Source: an uncultured Candidatus Saccharibacteria bacterium
Lineage (GTDB): Bacteria; Patescibacteriota; Minisyncoccia; Phycocordibacterales; PALSA-1337
Length of the DNA: 64,000 nt
Direction: 5' to 3'
Assembly (NCBI GenBank): GCA_964558375.1
Contig: CAZLCD010000001.1
Span: 131,406-195,405, forward strand
The translations under genes and the position numbers were made by a program. Positions 1-9,673 of the stretch are shown one piece after another. Under the pieces are notes generated by a model. That model ran no database searches. It saw nothing but the letters and a program-made list of their open reading frames with translations, and was not told the origin of the DNA. Position 1 is the stretch's first letter. Each line of letters begins with the position of its first letter.

Positions 1-59
1 TGGGAATAATATATTATATCTCCATAATATGTAGATATTGTACAATTGTTATAGATCAT
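1..59 (-). CDS. N-terminus (runs off left edge) of a probable membrane sensor kinase paralogous to 2405..4048
   Basis: Manual translation from ATG at 59 gives MIYNNCTISTYYGDIIYYS(H), matching MELTCTGAVEYGSIIYYSH of the kinase at 2405. Not in the ORF track. Confidence 0.7.
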   Translation of the reverse strand, partial: MIYNNCTISTYYGDIIYYS

Positions 60-136
60 TTTGATTATCTATTTCGTATCATGGTTTATAATCAATAATA
101 GTTTTTTCCTTCTCTCGCCTGTATAATTGAATATAT

Positions 137-259
137 ATGGGAAAAAGATTATTACTAATATGTATCATTTCTGTAATAATATCAACTTGTCTCACTTTCT
201 ATAAAAATATGATTTTAAAAGAGTTTGAAGTCGTGGATTCTAGAACTTTAAATAACTAA
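137..259 (+). CDS. 40-aa single-TM small protein
   Basis: MGKRLLLICIISVIISTCLTFYKNMILKEFEVVDSRTLNN; TATAAT just upstream (122-127); TAA abuts the ATG at 260. Confidence 0.6.
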   Translation: MGKRLLLICIISVIISTCLTFYKNMILKEFEVVDSRTLNN

Positions 260-1171
260 ATGCACTGGATATTTATATCACTATCGGCACCTTTTCTCTG
301 GAGTATCTTAAATCATCTAGATAAATATCTTATATCTAAATATGTTGGAAATTCTGGTGTTGGTGGCCTATCAATATTTTCCTCAGGATTTGCTGTATTT
401 ACTCTGCCTATACTATATTTTTTTGATAAGAATATTTTTAATATAAATATATTAAATATCACCGTTCTTTCATTGACTGGTGTATTAACTGCTCTAGGCA
501 TCCTCTTTTATTTATATGCATTAAATAATGATGAGGCGTCATACGTAGTACCATTCTGGTTTCTAATACCTATTTTTAGTTATGTATTGGGTGTATTTAT
601 CCTAGGAGAACATATCTTCTTTGGTAAGATCATTGGTTCTATTATTACAATAATTGGCGCATTCGTTCTATCTCTGAAGTATGGTAAGGGTTTTCATGTT
701 AGAACAGGAACAGTTACTTTGATGATTGCATCAAGTTTTGTTTTAGCTCTAAATAACGTTCTATTTAAAGACTTAGCGATACATACATCATTTTGGCAAT
801 CTATGTTTTGGAATCAATTCGGTCTATTTATTTTTGGACTAAGTGCTTTTTTGTTTATTAAAAAGTATCGTCAGGATTTTATAAAGATAGTTAAATTTAA
901 CACCCTTGACCTGACTCTATTTAATATAGGCGGAGAAATCGTCCAAGTTGTGGCTGGTTTCTTTAATTATTATGCAGTTATACTTGCTCAAGTATCCCTA
1001 GTTTTATTAATAGAGTACACTTTCCAACCCCTCTTTGTTTTATTGGGAGGAATCATCTTAACAAAATTATTCCCATATATTACAAAAGAAGAGACTGGTC
1101 ATAAGTACACCCTCCAAAAGTTTTTTGCAATATCAATCATGGCTGTCGGGGTATATTTAATCGTGATATAA
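260..1171 (+). CDS. EamA/DMT-superfamily transporter
   Basis: 303 aa, about 10 hydrophobic helices in two repeats; N-terminal LWSILNHLDKYL and LGE..I.G signatures typical of EamA proteins. Confidence 0.8.
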   Translation: MHWIFISLSAPFLWSILNHLDKYLISKYVGNSGVGGLSIFSSGFAVFTLPILYFFDKNIFNINILNITVLSLTGVLTALGILFYLYALNNDEASYVVPFWFLIPIFSYVLGVFILGEHIFFGKIIGSIITIIGAFVLSLKYGKGFHVRTGTVTLMIASSFVLALNNVLFKDLAIHTSFWQSMFWNQFGLFIFGLSAFLFIKKYRQDFIKIVKFNTLDLTLFNIGGEIVQVVAGFFNYYAVILAQVSLVLLIEYTFQPLFVLLGGIILTKLFPYITKEETGHKYTLQKFFAISIMAVGVYLIVI

Positions 1172-1178
1172 TACTCCG

Positions 1179-1535
1179 ATGGAAATTAAGAAGAATACTC
1201 TGGTTAATAAATTTTTCTCTATACTTATATCGCTAACCCTCTTAAGTGCTTTTATTTCAACCTATTATAACTATATGATAAAGATGGAGCACAATTATTT
1301 AGTGGAGGAAAAATGTAATCCAGATACCGAAAAATGTTTCTATAGAGATTGCGATGGTGATCCAGACAGTTGTCCACCAAACAATTTTTCTTACTATAAA
1401 ATTTTTAACATAAAAGCTCATAATTTTAGTAGATGTGAAGATGGTTCTTGTAAAAATGTCTGTAGTCTAGATGAGTCGGTTTGTCAGTATATCTCTTGTG
1501 AAGAAAATGAAGGCAATATGTGTGTGGGTATGTAG
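1179..1535 (+). CDS. Membrane-anchored Cys-rich protein (10 Cys)
   Basis: N-terminal TM helix followed by CNPDTEKCFYRDC...C...RCEDGSCKNVC...C...C...C. Confidence 0.75.
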   Translation: MEIKKNTLVNKFFSILISLTLLSAFISTYYNYMIKMEHNYLVEEKCNPDTEKCFYRDCDGDPDSCPPNNFSYYKIFNIKAHNFSRCEDGSCKNVCSLDESVCQYISCEENEGNMCVGM

Positions 1536-1551
1536 GTGTTCTTTTAAAAAA

Positions 1552-2397
1552 ATGTTCAGTAAAAAAAATATAGATGTAGACATAGACAACCTGATCTCTG
1601 AGCAGAAGATCTTCAGTGAATTTGTCTATACCGCATTAGATGATGCTGTAAACGAAATAAATAAAAGATCTTCAGATGTTATGTTAAAAAAATATCTAGA
1701 TAAAATGTTGCCGGCGGGGATCCCAAGTATTCTAGATAAGAAGAAGCACGCCTTTCTTTCTAGGTGTATAGCTACCCCTAATTATGAAACAAGTAGATTT
1801 ATAGATATTGTTTGTCTGATGGATGATTTTCAGCCATTGTTTTGGGAATATGGAATGGATAAGTTTAAGCCTAATGTTAATATCTCCAAACATAGTCTGG
1901 GAAAAATGACTTTTTGTGGCGGATTAGATAAGAAGGGAAATAAAAAAGTACAACATATTAATATTGTTGATTTTAATAAATATAATGGAAAAATACTCAA
2001 AGATATTAGGACTATTTGGGGGCAAGATTTAATAGATTTTCATCATGAGTTATTTGAGGAAGTATATGGAGATAGAAAAATCAAAACACTATCTTTTTTC
2101 GATGCTTCAGAGTGGTACTCTAATTCCGGCAGGGAAGTTGCTGTGTATTATAAATATATTTTGAGCCTTTTTCTAATTCATGGGGTCTTATTCGAAAACT
2201 TCCTTCTAGATGATTTATCAGAAAGACAGTTTATAAGGAATGTATTTTTGCCAGCTTTTATTGAAATAACAAAGGAAACAGGTAAAAAGCCGTTAATAGT
2301 TTCTCTTGGGCCCCCAAAAACAGAATCAGATAAATTCTGGCTATACTATCCACACAAACACACGGAATCAATAAAAGATAAACTAAATCTGATATAA
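1552..2397 (+). CDS. Hypothetical soluble protein, possibly an enzyme
   Basis: Long ORF; ATG 1552 preferred over 1471, which overlaps the upstream gene. Motif-like blocks ATPNYE, DFHH, HGVLFENF, KPLIV, W.YYP. Confidence 0.75.
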   Translation: MFSKKNIDVDIDNLISEQKIFSEFVYTALDDAVNEINKRSSDVMLKKYLDKMLPAGIPSILDKKKHAFLSRCIATPNYETSRFIDIVCLMDDFQPLFWEYGMDKFKPNVNISKHSLGKMTFCGGLDKKGNKKVQHINIVDFNKYNGKILKDIRTIWGQDLIDFHHELFEEVYGDRKIKTLSFFDASEWYSNSGREVAVYYKYILSLFLIHGVLFENFLLDDLSERQFIRNVFLPAFIEITKETGKKPLIVSLGPPKTESDKFWLYYPHKHTESIKDKLNLI

Positions 2398-2404
2398 TAA
2401 AACA

Positions 2405-4048
2405 ATGGAACTTACATGTACAGGAGCTGTGGAATATGGATCAATAATATATTATTCTCATCTAATTCCAATTGGACTAATCATGGTATTATCTGTTTTT
2501 GTTTTTATAAAATCCGAATTTTCTTTTATATCAAGAATATTTCTCACATTCTCCAGTATATTTTCACTATGGTTATTGGGAGATGTTGTTGCTTGGGTAT
2601 CCACAGACTACAATATAATTTCATTTTTCTGGTCATCGCTTGACTATATAAATATACTATTCTATCTTTTTGCGCTATATTTCTTTTTTGTTGTTGTAAA
2701 AGGAAAAGATTTGTCTTTTATATATAAAATATTCCTAACTATATTATCTTTGCCAGCATGGTTTCTGACTATAAGTAATCTATCGATAGTGGAATTTGAT
2801 ACTACATGGTGTGAGGCTATAAATAATGAATTTCTAACAAACTATAAATTGGCCATAGAGGCTATCGTTATTGCATTCATAATTATTATTTCTATATACG
2901 AATTATTTAAAAAAATAGATTATTCACATAAAAAGAAAGTTGTCGTAGTTTCTGTTGCTCTAATTTTGTTCTTCCTTATATTTTCTATTACAGAATATAT
3001 ATCTAGCACCACAGGAGTCTACGAAATTAATTTATATAGTCTTTTTATACTTCCGGTATTTCTTTTTATAATCATATTTTCTACAATAAATCTTAAGGTT
3101 TTTAATATCAAACTAGCTGGCACACAGTTATTGGTCTACACAATGATTATTCTTGTCGGCTCACAATTCTTTTTTCTTGAAAATACTACGAGTCAAGTTT
3201 TAACCATTAGTACTTTTATATTATCGCTATCCTTTGGTGTTGTCCTAGTGAAAGATGCAAAACAGCAGGTCCTCCAACGCGAGCGTATCGAAGCTCTGGC
3301 TATCGACTTAAGAAAAGCCAATGATCGACTAACGGAGCTTGATATACAGAAAAGTGAATTCGTTTCGTTTGCCAGCCATCAGCTACGTGCGCCACTTACT
3401 GCTATTAAGGGCTACTCATCGCTACTTTTGGAAGGGGAGTTTGGGGCGATAGGGAAGGAAACAACCGAGGCCATTAGTCGTATTTTTGAAAGTTCAAAGA
3501 CATTGGCAACTATGGTTGATGACTATTTAAATATCTCAAGAATAGAGTTGGGTACGATGAAATATTCTTTCGATATGATAGATCTCAAAGAATTGGCTCA
3601 AAATGTTATAGCTGAACTCAAGCCAAATATTGAAAAAAGTAAGCTCGACTTTACTTTTGCAACCGATCCTGCGGATCCGAAAGAGAGATTTATGATACAT
3701 GCTGATAAAAATAATTTAAAGCAAGTTGTCGGCAACCTTATAGACAATTCTATAAAATATACTCCAAGTGGTTCCATCAAGGTTTTGCTTGCCAAAAATA
3801 AAGAAACAAGAAAAATTATTTTCTCTATCAAAGACACCGGAGTGGGGATAGATCCAGCTGTGATGCCAAAGCTTTTTTCAAAATTTGTCAGGGCACTCAA
3901 TGCTGATAAGCAGAATATTTATGGTACGGGCTTAGGGCTTTTCGTGGCTAAAGAGATAGTGCTCGCACACAAAGGCCGCCTTTGGGCTGAGTCAAAGGGG
4001 GAGGGTAAAGGCTCTACGTTTTTCTTGGAGATGGATATGGAGGTTTAG
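2405..4048 (+). CDS. Membrane sensor histidine kinase (multi-TM N-terminus, HisKA, HATPase)
   Basis: H-box SHQLRAPLTAIKG; N-box NLIDNSIKYT; G1 DTGVG; G2 GTGLGL; hydrophobic N-terminal 280 aa. Confidence 0.92.
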   Translation: MELTCTGAVEYGSIIYYSHLIPIGLIMVLSVFVFIKSEFSFISRIFLTFSSIFSLWLLGDVVAWVSTDYNIISFFWSSLDYINILFYLFALYFFFVVVKGKDLSFIYKIFLTILSLPAWFLTISNLSIVEFDTTWCEAINNEFLTNYKLAIEAIVIAFIIIISIYELFKKIDYSHKKKVVVVSVALILFFLIFSITEYISSTTGVYEINLYSLFILPVFLFIIIFSTINLKVFNIKLAGTQLLVYTMIILVGSQFFFLENTTSQVLTISTFILSLSFGVVLVKDAKQQVLQRERIEALAIDLRKANDRLTELDIQKSEFVSFASHQLRAPLTAIKGYSSLLLEGEFGAIGKETTEAISRIFESSKTLATMVDDYLNISRIELGTMKYSFDMIDLKELAQNVIAELKPNIEKSKLDFTFATDPADPKERFMIHADKNNLKQVVGNLIDNSIKYTPSGSIKVLLAKNKETRKIIFSIKDTGVGIDPAVMPKLFSKFVRALNADKQNIYGTGLGLFVAKEIVLAHKGRLWAESKGEGKGSTFFLEMDMEV

Positions 4049-4082
4049 AAAAAACCCAAGGCTTAGTTGCCTCGGGTTCTTT
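4049..4082. terminator. Likely bidirectional intrinsic terminator
   Basis: aacccaaggc-ttagtt-gcctcgggtt with an A-run before and T-rich sequence after, between convergent genes. Confidence 0.65.
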
Positions 4083-4119
4083 CCAATCTCATGCATCGGG
4101 CATGGGGCTTTAATTTTTT

Positions 4120-4500
4120 CTACCTCTTCGCAACCTTTTTTACCATCTTCTTCGCCCCCTTCTTCACTTTAGCCTTCGGCAAAGTCTTTAGAATACTTTT
4201 CCACTGACCTTTAAGTACTTGCGCAAAAGCTTGAAGTTCTGGAGCAGCTACTTTACCGTTTGAAAGATAAGAAGCTAGCACAGAATCCACAATGCTATGG
4301 TAAACCTGCTCGGTGATCTCCTCTGCGTTTTGTATCTGCTCAATAATTTCGCCTTTCATTTTGATCATCCAACCCACCGCCTTCTTGCGATGAATATTTC
4401 CAGACGGACCAAAGAAGTAATATGTACTTGCTGCTAATGCTACTGCACCTGTTCCTAGAGCCACAATTGTTTTTGCAGAAACTTTATTATTTTTTTTCAT
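4120..4500 (-). CDS. YtxH-like membrane-anchored protein with Lys-rich tail
   Basis: Gly/Ala hydrophobic segment ending YYFFGP.G, then a helical region; paired with a DUF948-like gene. Confidence 0.6.
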   Translation of the reverse strand: MKKNNKVSAKTIVALGTGAVALAASTYYFFGPSGNIHRKKAVGWMIKMKGEIIEQIQNAEEITEQVYHSIVDSVLASYLSNGKVAAPELQAFAQVLKGQWKSILKTLPKAKVKKGAKKMVKKVAKR

Positions 4501-4573
4501 AGTTTTGTTTCAGAATTAATCTGTTAATGTCTACTTGTTTTAGTATACCACTATAGAATTATTTAGGTATTGA

Positions 4574-4831
4574 CTACTTCAACATCTTGTTTCTAGGCTT
4601 TTTCTTGGCAGGGAAGAGCATTTTGAAAAAGACATTGTCGCGCATATCGTCGATAAGCTCCATAGTGGTATCTCCTATAGTCTCTACACTAGACTCTATT
4701 TTCTCCAAGATAGCTGTCAGAGAACGCAAAGCTCTTATAAAATAAACAAGAAGAATGGCTAGTAATATGCCCAAGATAATAAAACCTATTGATGAAATAA
4801 AGAAAAATATTTCTGAATGAATGATTTGCAT
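4574..4831 (-). CDS. DUF948/YtxG-like small membrane protein
   Basis: Single TM followed by a coiled-coil; TATAAT 6 nt before the ATG. Confidence 0.6.
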   Translation of the reverse strand: MQIIHSEIFFFISSIGFIILGILLAILLVYFIRALRSLTAILEKIESSVETIGDTTMELIDDMRDNVFFKMLFPAKKKPRNKMLK

Positions 4832-4877
4832 GTCTCTATTATATACTATCTGCTATAATATAAGGTAATCCTTTTAT

Positions 4878-6626
4878 ATGTTCATCGAAGATTCACAGCT
4901 TAATAAATTTATCCTTGATTCAAATCTTATATCAAAGGCTGATCTGGATTTGGCTGCAATTGAGGCAAAAGAAAAAGGCGTACGCCTCGGAGATATTCTA
5001 GTTAATACTGGCAAAATCACTGCCGATAATCTTCGCAGAATGCAAGCCTATGTGCTCGGTATACCTTTCGTTGATTTGAAAAATATAAAGATCCCTCTTG
5101 AGACTTTGTCTATGATCCCTGAGCCTGTAGCTCGCAATCACAATATCGTCGCTTTCAAAAAAGATGAACAATCCATGGAAGTGGCTATGCTCGATGTAGA
5201 TGATCTTTCTGCAATTGACTTCGTCAAGAAAAAAGTTTCTCTAAAGATTCTGCCAAGACTAACGGATTCAGAATCCATCAAGAATGCCATTATCCAATAT
5301 CAAAAGAGTTTGAAAGCCGAGTTTGGTGATCTTATTCAAAAAGAAACTGATGCACTAAAAACCGCTGTAGAAAAAACAGGGAATCCGACAACCGAAGAGG
5401 ATTTGAAAAAGGTAGCTTCTGACCTACCTGTGGTGCATATAGTCGACACTCTTCTCAAGCATGCTATTTTGCAAAATGCTTCAGATATACACATAGAGCC
5501 TATGGAAGAATCGTTACTTGTGAGATATCGCATCGATGGTCTGCTAAACGATGCTATGATTTTGCCGAAAAATGCTGAAGCCTCTATCACAGCGCGTATC
5601 AAAGTTCTTTCGAACTTGAAACTTGATGAGAAGCGCTTGCCACAAGATGGTCGCTTCAAGATAGAGATGAATGGAGAGAAGGTGAGCTTCCGAGTCTCGC
5701 TATTGCCGACCTACTATGGAGAAAAGACCGTGATGCGTCTCTTGCGAGAAAGTGTCTCTGGTTTTACTTTGGAATATCTTGGATTTCATGGTGAGGCTTT
5801 GGAGAGGATACATCATGCTAGTACTTTGACTACAGGTATGATACTCACCACTGGTCCTACAGGTTCCGGAAAGACCACAACCCTCTATACTATTCTCGAT
5901 ATTCTCAATCAGCCAGATGTCAACATTTCAACCATCGAAGATCCAGTGGAGTATCAAATGAAAAGAATTAATCAGACACAAGTAAAGCCTGATATTGGTT
6001 TTACATTTGCCTCGGGTTTGAGAACACTTGTCAGACAGGATCCAGATGTGATCATGGTTGGTGAGATTCGAGACAATGAAACTGCTTCACTTGCCGTCAA
6101 TGCCGCTTTGACTGGTCACCTTGTGCTCTCTACTCTACACACAAACAGCGCAGCTGGAGCTATACCGAGATTTTTGGATATGAAGATCGAACCATTCCTC
6201 TTGGTTTCTACGATCAATGTGATCATCGCTCAGAGGCTTGTGCGAAAGCTTTCTGAAAGTAAGCAGCAATATTTTTTGAATGCAGAAGAATTGGCAGTCT
6301 TGGCCAAAAGTGTCGATCTCGACAGGGTACTCGAAGCATTGAAGGTTGAGAAAGTAGTGAAGCCAGAGGATACTTGGGATAAGATTCCTTTGTATAAAGC
6401 TGTACCTTCGAAAGATAATGATGGATACAAAGGGCGTATCGGTATTCACGAAGTTTTGAAAGTTACACCGACCATCAAGGAACTTATCATCAAAGGTGCC
6501 ACTTCAGGCGAGATAGAAATCCAGGCCAAAAAGGAAGGCATGCTTACCATGATCGAAGATGGAATTTTCAATGTTGTTTCTGGTCGTACAACAATAGAAG
6601 AGGTGTTAAGGGTGATCTCCGAATAA
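4878..6626 (+). CDS. pilB: Type IV pilus assembly ATPase PilB/GspE (copy 1)
   Basis: ASDIHIEP, PQDGRF, Walker A GPTGSGKT, EDPVE, RQDPDVIMVGEIRD, GHLVLSTLHTN. Confidence 0.93.
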   Translation: MFIEDSQLNKFILDSNLISKADLDLAAIEAKEKGVRLGDILVNTGKITADNLRRMQAYVLGIPFVDLKNIKIPLETLSMIPEPVARNHNIVAFKKDEQSMEVAMLDVDDLSAIDFVKKKVSLKILPRLTDSESIKNAIIQYQKSLKAEFGDLIQKETDALKTAVEKTGNPTTEEDLKKVASDLPVVHIVDTLLKHAILQNASDIHIEPMEESLLVRYRIDGLLNDAMILPKNAEASITARIKVLSNLKLDEKRLPQDGRFKIEMNGEKVSFRVSLLPTYYGEKTVMRLLRESVSGFTLEYLGFHGEALERIHHASTLTTGMILTTGPTGSGKTTTLYTILDILNQPDVNISTIEDPVEYQMKRINQTQVKPDIGFTFASGLRTLVRQDPDVIMVGEIRDNETASLAVNAALTGHLVLSTLHTNSAAGAIPRFLDMKIEPFLLVSTINVIIAQRLVRKLSESKQQYFLNAEELAVLAKSVDLDRVLEALKVEKVVKPEDTWDKIPLYKAVPSKDNDGYKGRIGIHEVLKVTPTIKELIIKGATSGEIEIQAKKEGMLTMIEDGIFNVVSGRTTIEEVLRVISE

Positions 6627-6647
6627 TTTTATAGAAAAATTTATTAT

Positions 6648-7871
6648 ATGCCACATTTTATTTTTAAAGCAAAAAATTCTAGCGGACAAGTATACAAAGA
6701 TGAAAGAGATGCGAAGGATCGCTATGAACTTTACCGAATACTAAAAGAAAATGGTGAAGAAATAATAAAGATTAAGGAAAGAGAACACAGTATGTTTTCC
6801 TTCGCTAGACTTACGGCGCTTCTGCCCTTTGGCCATTCCATAAAGATCCAAGAGAAAATAACTTTGGCCAGAAATCTTGGAGCCATGATCACTGCCGGAC
6901 TTTCCATGTCACGCGCTTTGTCCGTGATCGAAAGACAAAGCAACAACAAGCTTCTGAAGAGGATTTTGAATACCTTAAAAACCAAAATCAGTGAAGGAAA
7001 GACCCTAAGTGAGGCTATGGGGCTTTATAAAAACATTTTTTCACCTATCTTCGTCTCTATGGTCAAAGCGGGGGAGCAGAGTGGAACTTTGGCGGAGTCT
7101 CTGCGAGTAGTGGCGGTGCAGATGGACAAATCCTTTGCTCTGCAAAGAAGAGTAAGGGGAGCCATGATGTATCCAGGCGTGATCCTTATCGCCATGATAC
7201 TTATTGCTATACTTATGCTTACATATATCGTTCCGACCTTGATGAAAACATTTACAGAACTAAAGCTCGATCTTCCTGCTTCTACAAAGTTTGTACTCTG
7301 GACTAGTAGCCTTGTAAGAGAGCATGGGTTCTTTCTTTTCTTGGCAATAGCAGTGGGACTTGGAATCTTTGTGGCTTGGTCCAAGCGCGCTTCTGGCAAA
7401 AAGGTTATACATTATGCCATTTTAAAAATCCCCATCATCGGCAACATTATCAAAGAGATTAACACTGCAAGAACAGCCAGAACTCTCTCTTCACTTATTT
7501 CGTCCGGTGTGGATATGATAGAAGCTATAAACATCACTACAGATGTTGTACAGAATGTGCACTATAAAGCGGTATTGAAAGAGACAAGTGAGGTGGTCAA
7601 AGCGGGAGGTCCGATGTCGGAAGTCTTCAGTCGGCATACCAAACTTTATCCGATCTTTATCGGAGAAATGATGAGTGTGGGTGAAGAAACTGGAAAGATA
7701 GGGGAGATGCTCCTCGGTGTGGCGGTGTTCTATGAAGATGATGTAGAACAAAAGACCAAGGACATGTCCACTGTGATCGAGCCTTTCCTTATGGTGACTA
7801 TCGGTGCGGTGGTCGGGTTCTTTGCAGTTGCGATGATTTCACCTATGTACTCATTGGTCAATGTAATCTAA
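6648..7871 (+). CDS. pilC: Type IV pilus platform protein PilC/GspF (copy 1)
   Basis: AGEQSGTL and VGEETGKI repeats, YP and IEP motifs, three TMs. Confidence 0.93.
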   Translation: MPHFIFKAKNSSGQVYKDERDAKDRYELYRILKENGEEIIKIKEREHSMFSFARLTALLPFGHSIKIQEKITLARNLGAMITAGLSMSRALSVIERQSNNKLLKRILNTLKTKISEGKTLSEAMGLYKNIFSPIFVSMVKAGEQSGTLAESLRVVAVQMDKSFALQRRVRGAMMYPGVILIAMILIAILMLTYIVPTLMKTFTELKLDLPASTKFVLWTSSLVREHGFFLFLAIAVGLGIFVAWSKRASGKKVIHYAILKIPIIGNIIKEINTARTARTLSSLISSGVDMIEAINITTDVVQNVHYKAVLKETSEVVKAGGPMSEVFSRHTKLYPIFIGEMMSVGEETGKIGEMLLGVAVFYEDDVEQKTKDMSTVIEPFLMVTIGAVVGFFAVAMISPMYSLVNVI

Positions 7872-9671
7872 ATGCCAAATCAAATTAAATTTAAACAAGG
7901 TTTCACTCTAGTCGAAGTTCTAGTCGGTATCGCCGTTTTTCTTTTGATCGCTACAGCTTCTTATCAAGCTTATATAAGCCTCTTTACTTTGATAAATTTG
8001 AATCAATACAAAATCACCGCGCTCAATCTGGTTAATGAGCAATTTGAAATTATTCGCAATCTTCCATACGCAGATGTTGGTGTGCAGGGAAGTATTCCAA
8101 AAGGCAAAATCCCTCATACACAGACTCTGACTCGAAGTGGTGTCACATTTGTAGTGACAGCAACGATCAGAAATGTTGATCTGCCTTTCGACGGAACTAT
8201 CGGTGGAAGTCCAAATGATCTTTCACCTTCGGATAATAAAATAGTTGAGATTCAAGTAGACTGTGCAAGTTGTAAAAGCTTTACACCTCTTAGTCTGACC
8301 ACAACAGTGGCACCGAAGAACTTGGAGACAGCTTCTACAAATGGTGCTCTATTTATCAGAGTCTTTGATGCAAATGGTATAGCTATACCTGATGCTTCGG
8401 TACATATTGTAAACAATAAGGTCAGCCCTGCTATCACAATCGATGATGTGACAGATGTAAACGGTATGCTTCAGATAGTTGATGTGCCTCCAGGTACCAA
8501 TGCCTATGAGATCACGGTTAGTAAAAATGGATATTCAAGCGATAGGACATATACGCCAGGAACACTAGAAAATCCAGATCCCACACAACCACATGCCAAT
8601 GTTCTTATTCAGCAAGTAACTCAAATAAGTTTTGTTATAGATCGACTCAGTACACTTTCATTCTCAAGTGTTACACCGACATGCCAAGCCGTGCCAAATA
8701 TTGACTTCAATTTGACTGGTGCAAAAACAATAGGCACCAATATCCCAAAATATTCACAGAACCTTATTACCAATAGCAGTGGAGTTTATTCAAACAGCGC
8801 AATAGAGTGGGATACGTATCAAGTTCTTGTGAATGATGCAGATTACAATATTATAGGCCTCAATCCTTTAAATCCTATTCTTCTAAATCCCAATAGTTCA
8901 CAGAATGTTCGACTCATTTTACAACCAAAGGATCCAAATACTTTACTTGTCACTATCAAAGATAGTGCTACGAATCTTCCTTTGACTGATGCTATGATCA
9001 AGGTGACAGGTCCAGCGTCTTTTAATGAGACCAAGATTTCTGGTCGAGGATTTATCAATCAGACGAACTGGTCTGGAGGTCCGAATCAAACTTTATACAC
9101 AGATCTGATCAAATATTTCTTTGATGATGGTAGTACAGAAATCGCCTCGCCCACTGGAGAGATCAAATTGAAAAATGTATTCGGCGCATATAACCCTAGT
9201 GCTGTGCTCGAATCCTCAACTATCGACACTGGATCTGTCAGTAATTTTTACAATCTGACTTGGGGTCCTGTGGATCAGCCTGTGCTTGCGGGGCCAGAAA
9301 GTGTGAAGTTCCAATTTGCAAGCAATGATAGTGATCCTGCGACCACAACATGGGAATATGTCGGTCCAGATGGCGCGACAACCACCTATTACACTTCTTC
9401 CAATACTTCGCTTTCATCTATTCACAATGGAGATCGCTATGCTCGCTACAAAGTTTTCTTGAAAACAGATTCGACCACCGTCACACCAAACATCTCTGAT
9501 GTGGCTTTCACTGTGACATCATCTTGTACACCTCCAGGGCAAGTCGTATTTTCTGGTTTGCCTTTAGGTACCTATCATGTCGAAGTCGGCAAGAGTGGGT
9601 ACGCTACCTCAACGCTTGATGTCGACTTGAATGTTCCATGGAAGGAGCAGGAGATGATTTTAAACCAATAA
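7872..9671 (+). CDS. Large minor pilin (PilV-like) with beta-sandwich domains
   Basis: Class III signal KQG|FTLVEVLV; Thr/Ser/Pro-rich beta domains with Y.V.VSK.GY motifs. Confidence 0.85.
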   Translation: MPNQIKFKQGFTLVEVLVGIAVFLLIATASYQAYISLFTLINLNQYKITALNLVNEQFEIIRNLPYADVGVQGSIPKGKIPHTQTLTRSGVTFVVTATIRNVDLPFDGTIGGSPNDLSPSDNKIVEIQVDCASCKSFTPLSLTTTVAPKNLETASTNGALFIRVFDANGIAIPDASVHIVNNKVSPAITIDDVTDVNGMLQIVDVPPGTNAYEITVSKNGYSSDRTYTPGTLENPDPTQPHANVLIQQVTQISFVIDRLSTLSFSSVTPTCQAVPNIDFNLTGAKTIGTNIPKYSQNLITNSSGVYSNSAIEWDTYQVLVNDADYNIIGLNPLNPILLNPNSSQNVRLILQPKDPNTLLVTIKDSATNLPLTDAMIKVTGPASFNETKISGRGFINQTNWSGGPNQTLYTDLIKYFFDDGSTEIASPTGEIKLKNVFGAYNPSAVLESSTIDTGSVSNFYNLTWGPVDQPVLAGPESVKFQFASNDSDPATTTWEYVGPDGATTTYYTSSNTSLSSIHNGDRYARYKVFLKTDSTTVTPNISDVAFTVTSSCTPPGQVVFSGLPLGTYHVEVGKSGYATSTLDVDLNVPWKEQEMILNQ

Positions 9672-9673
9672 AA

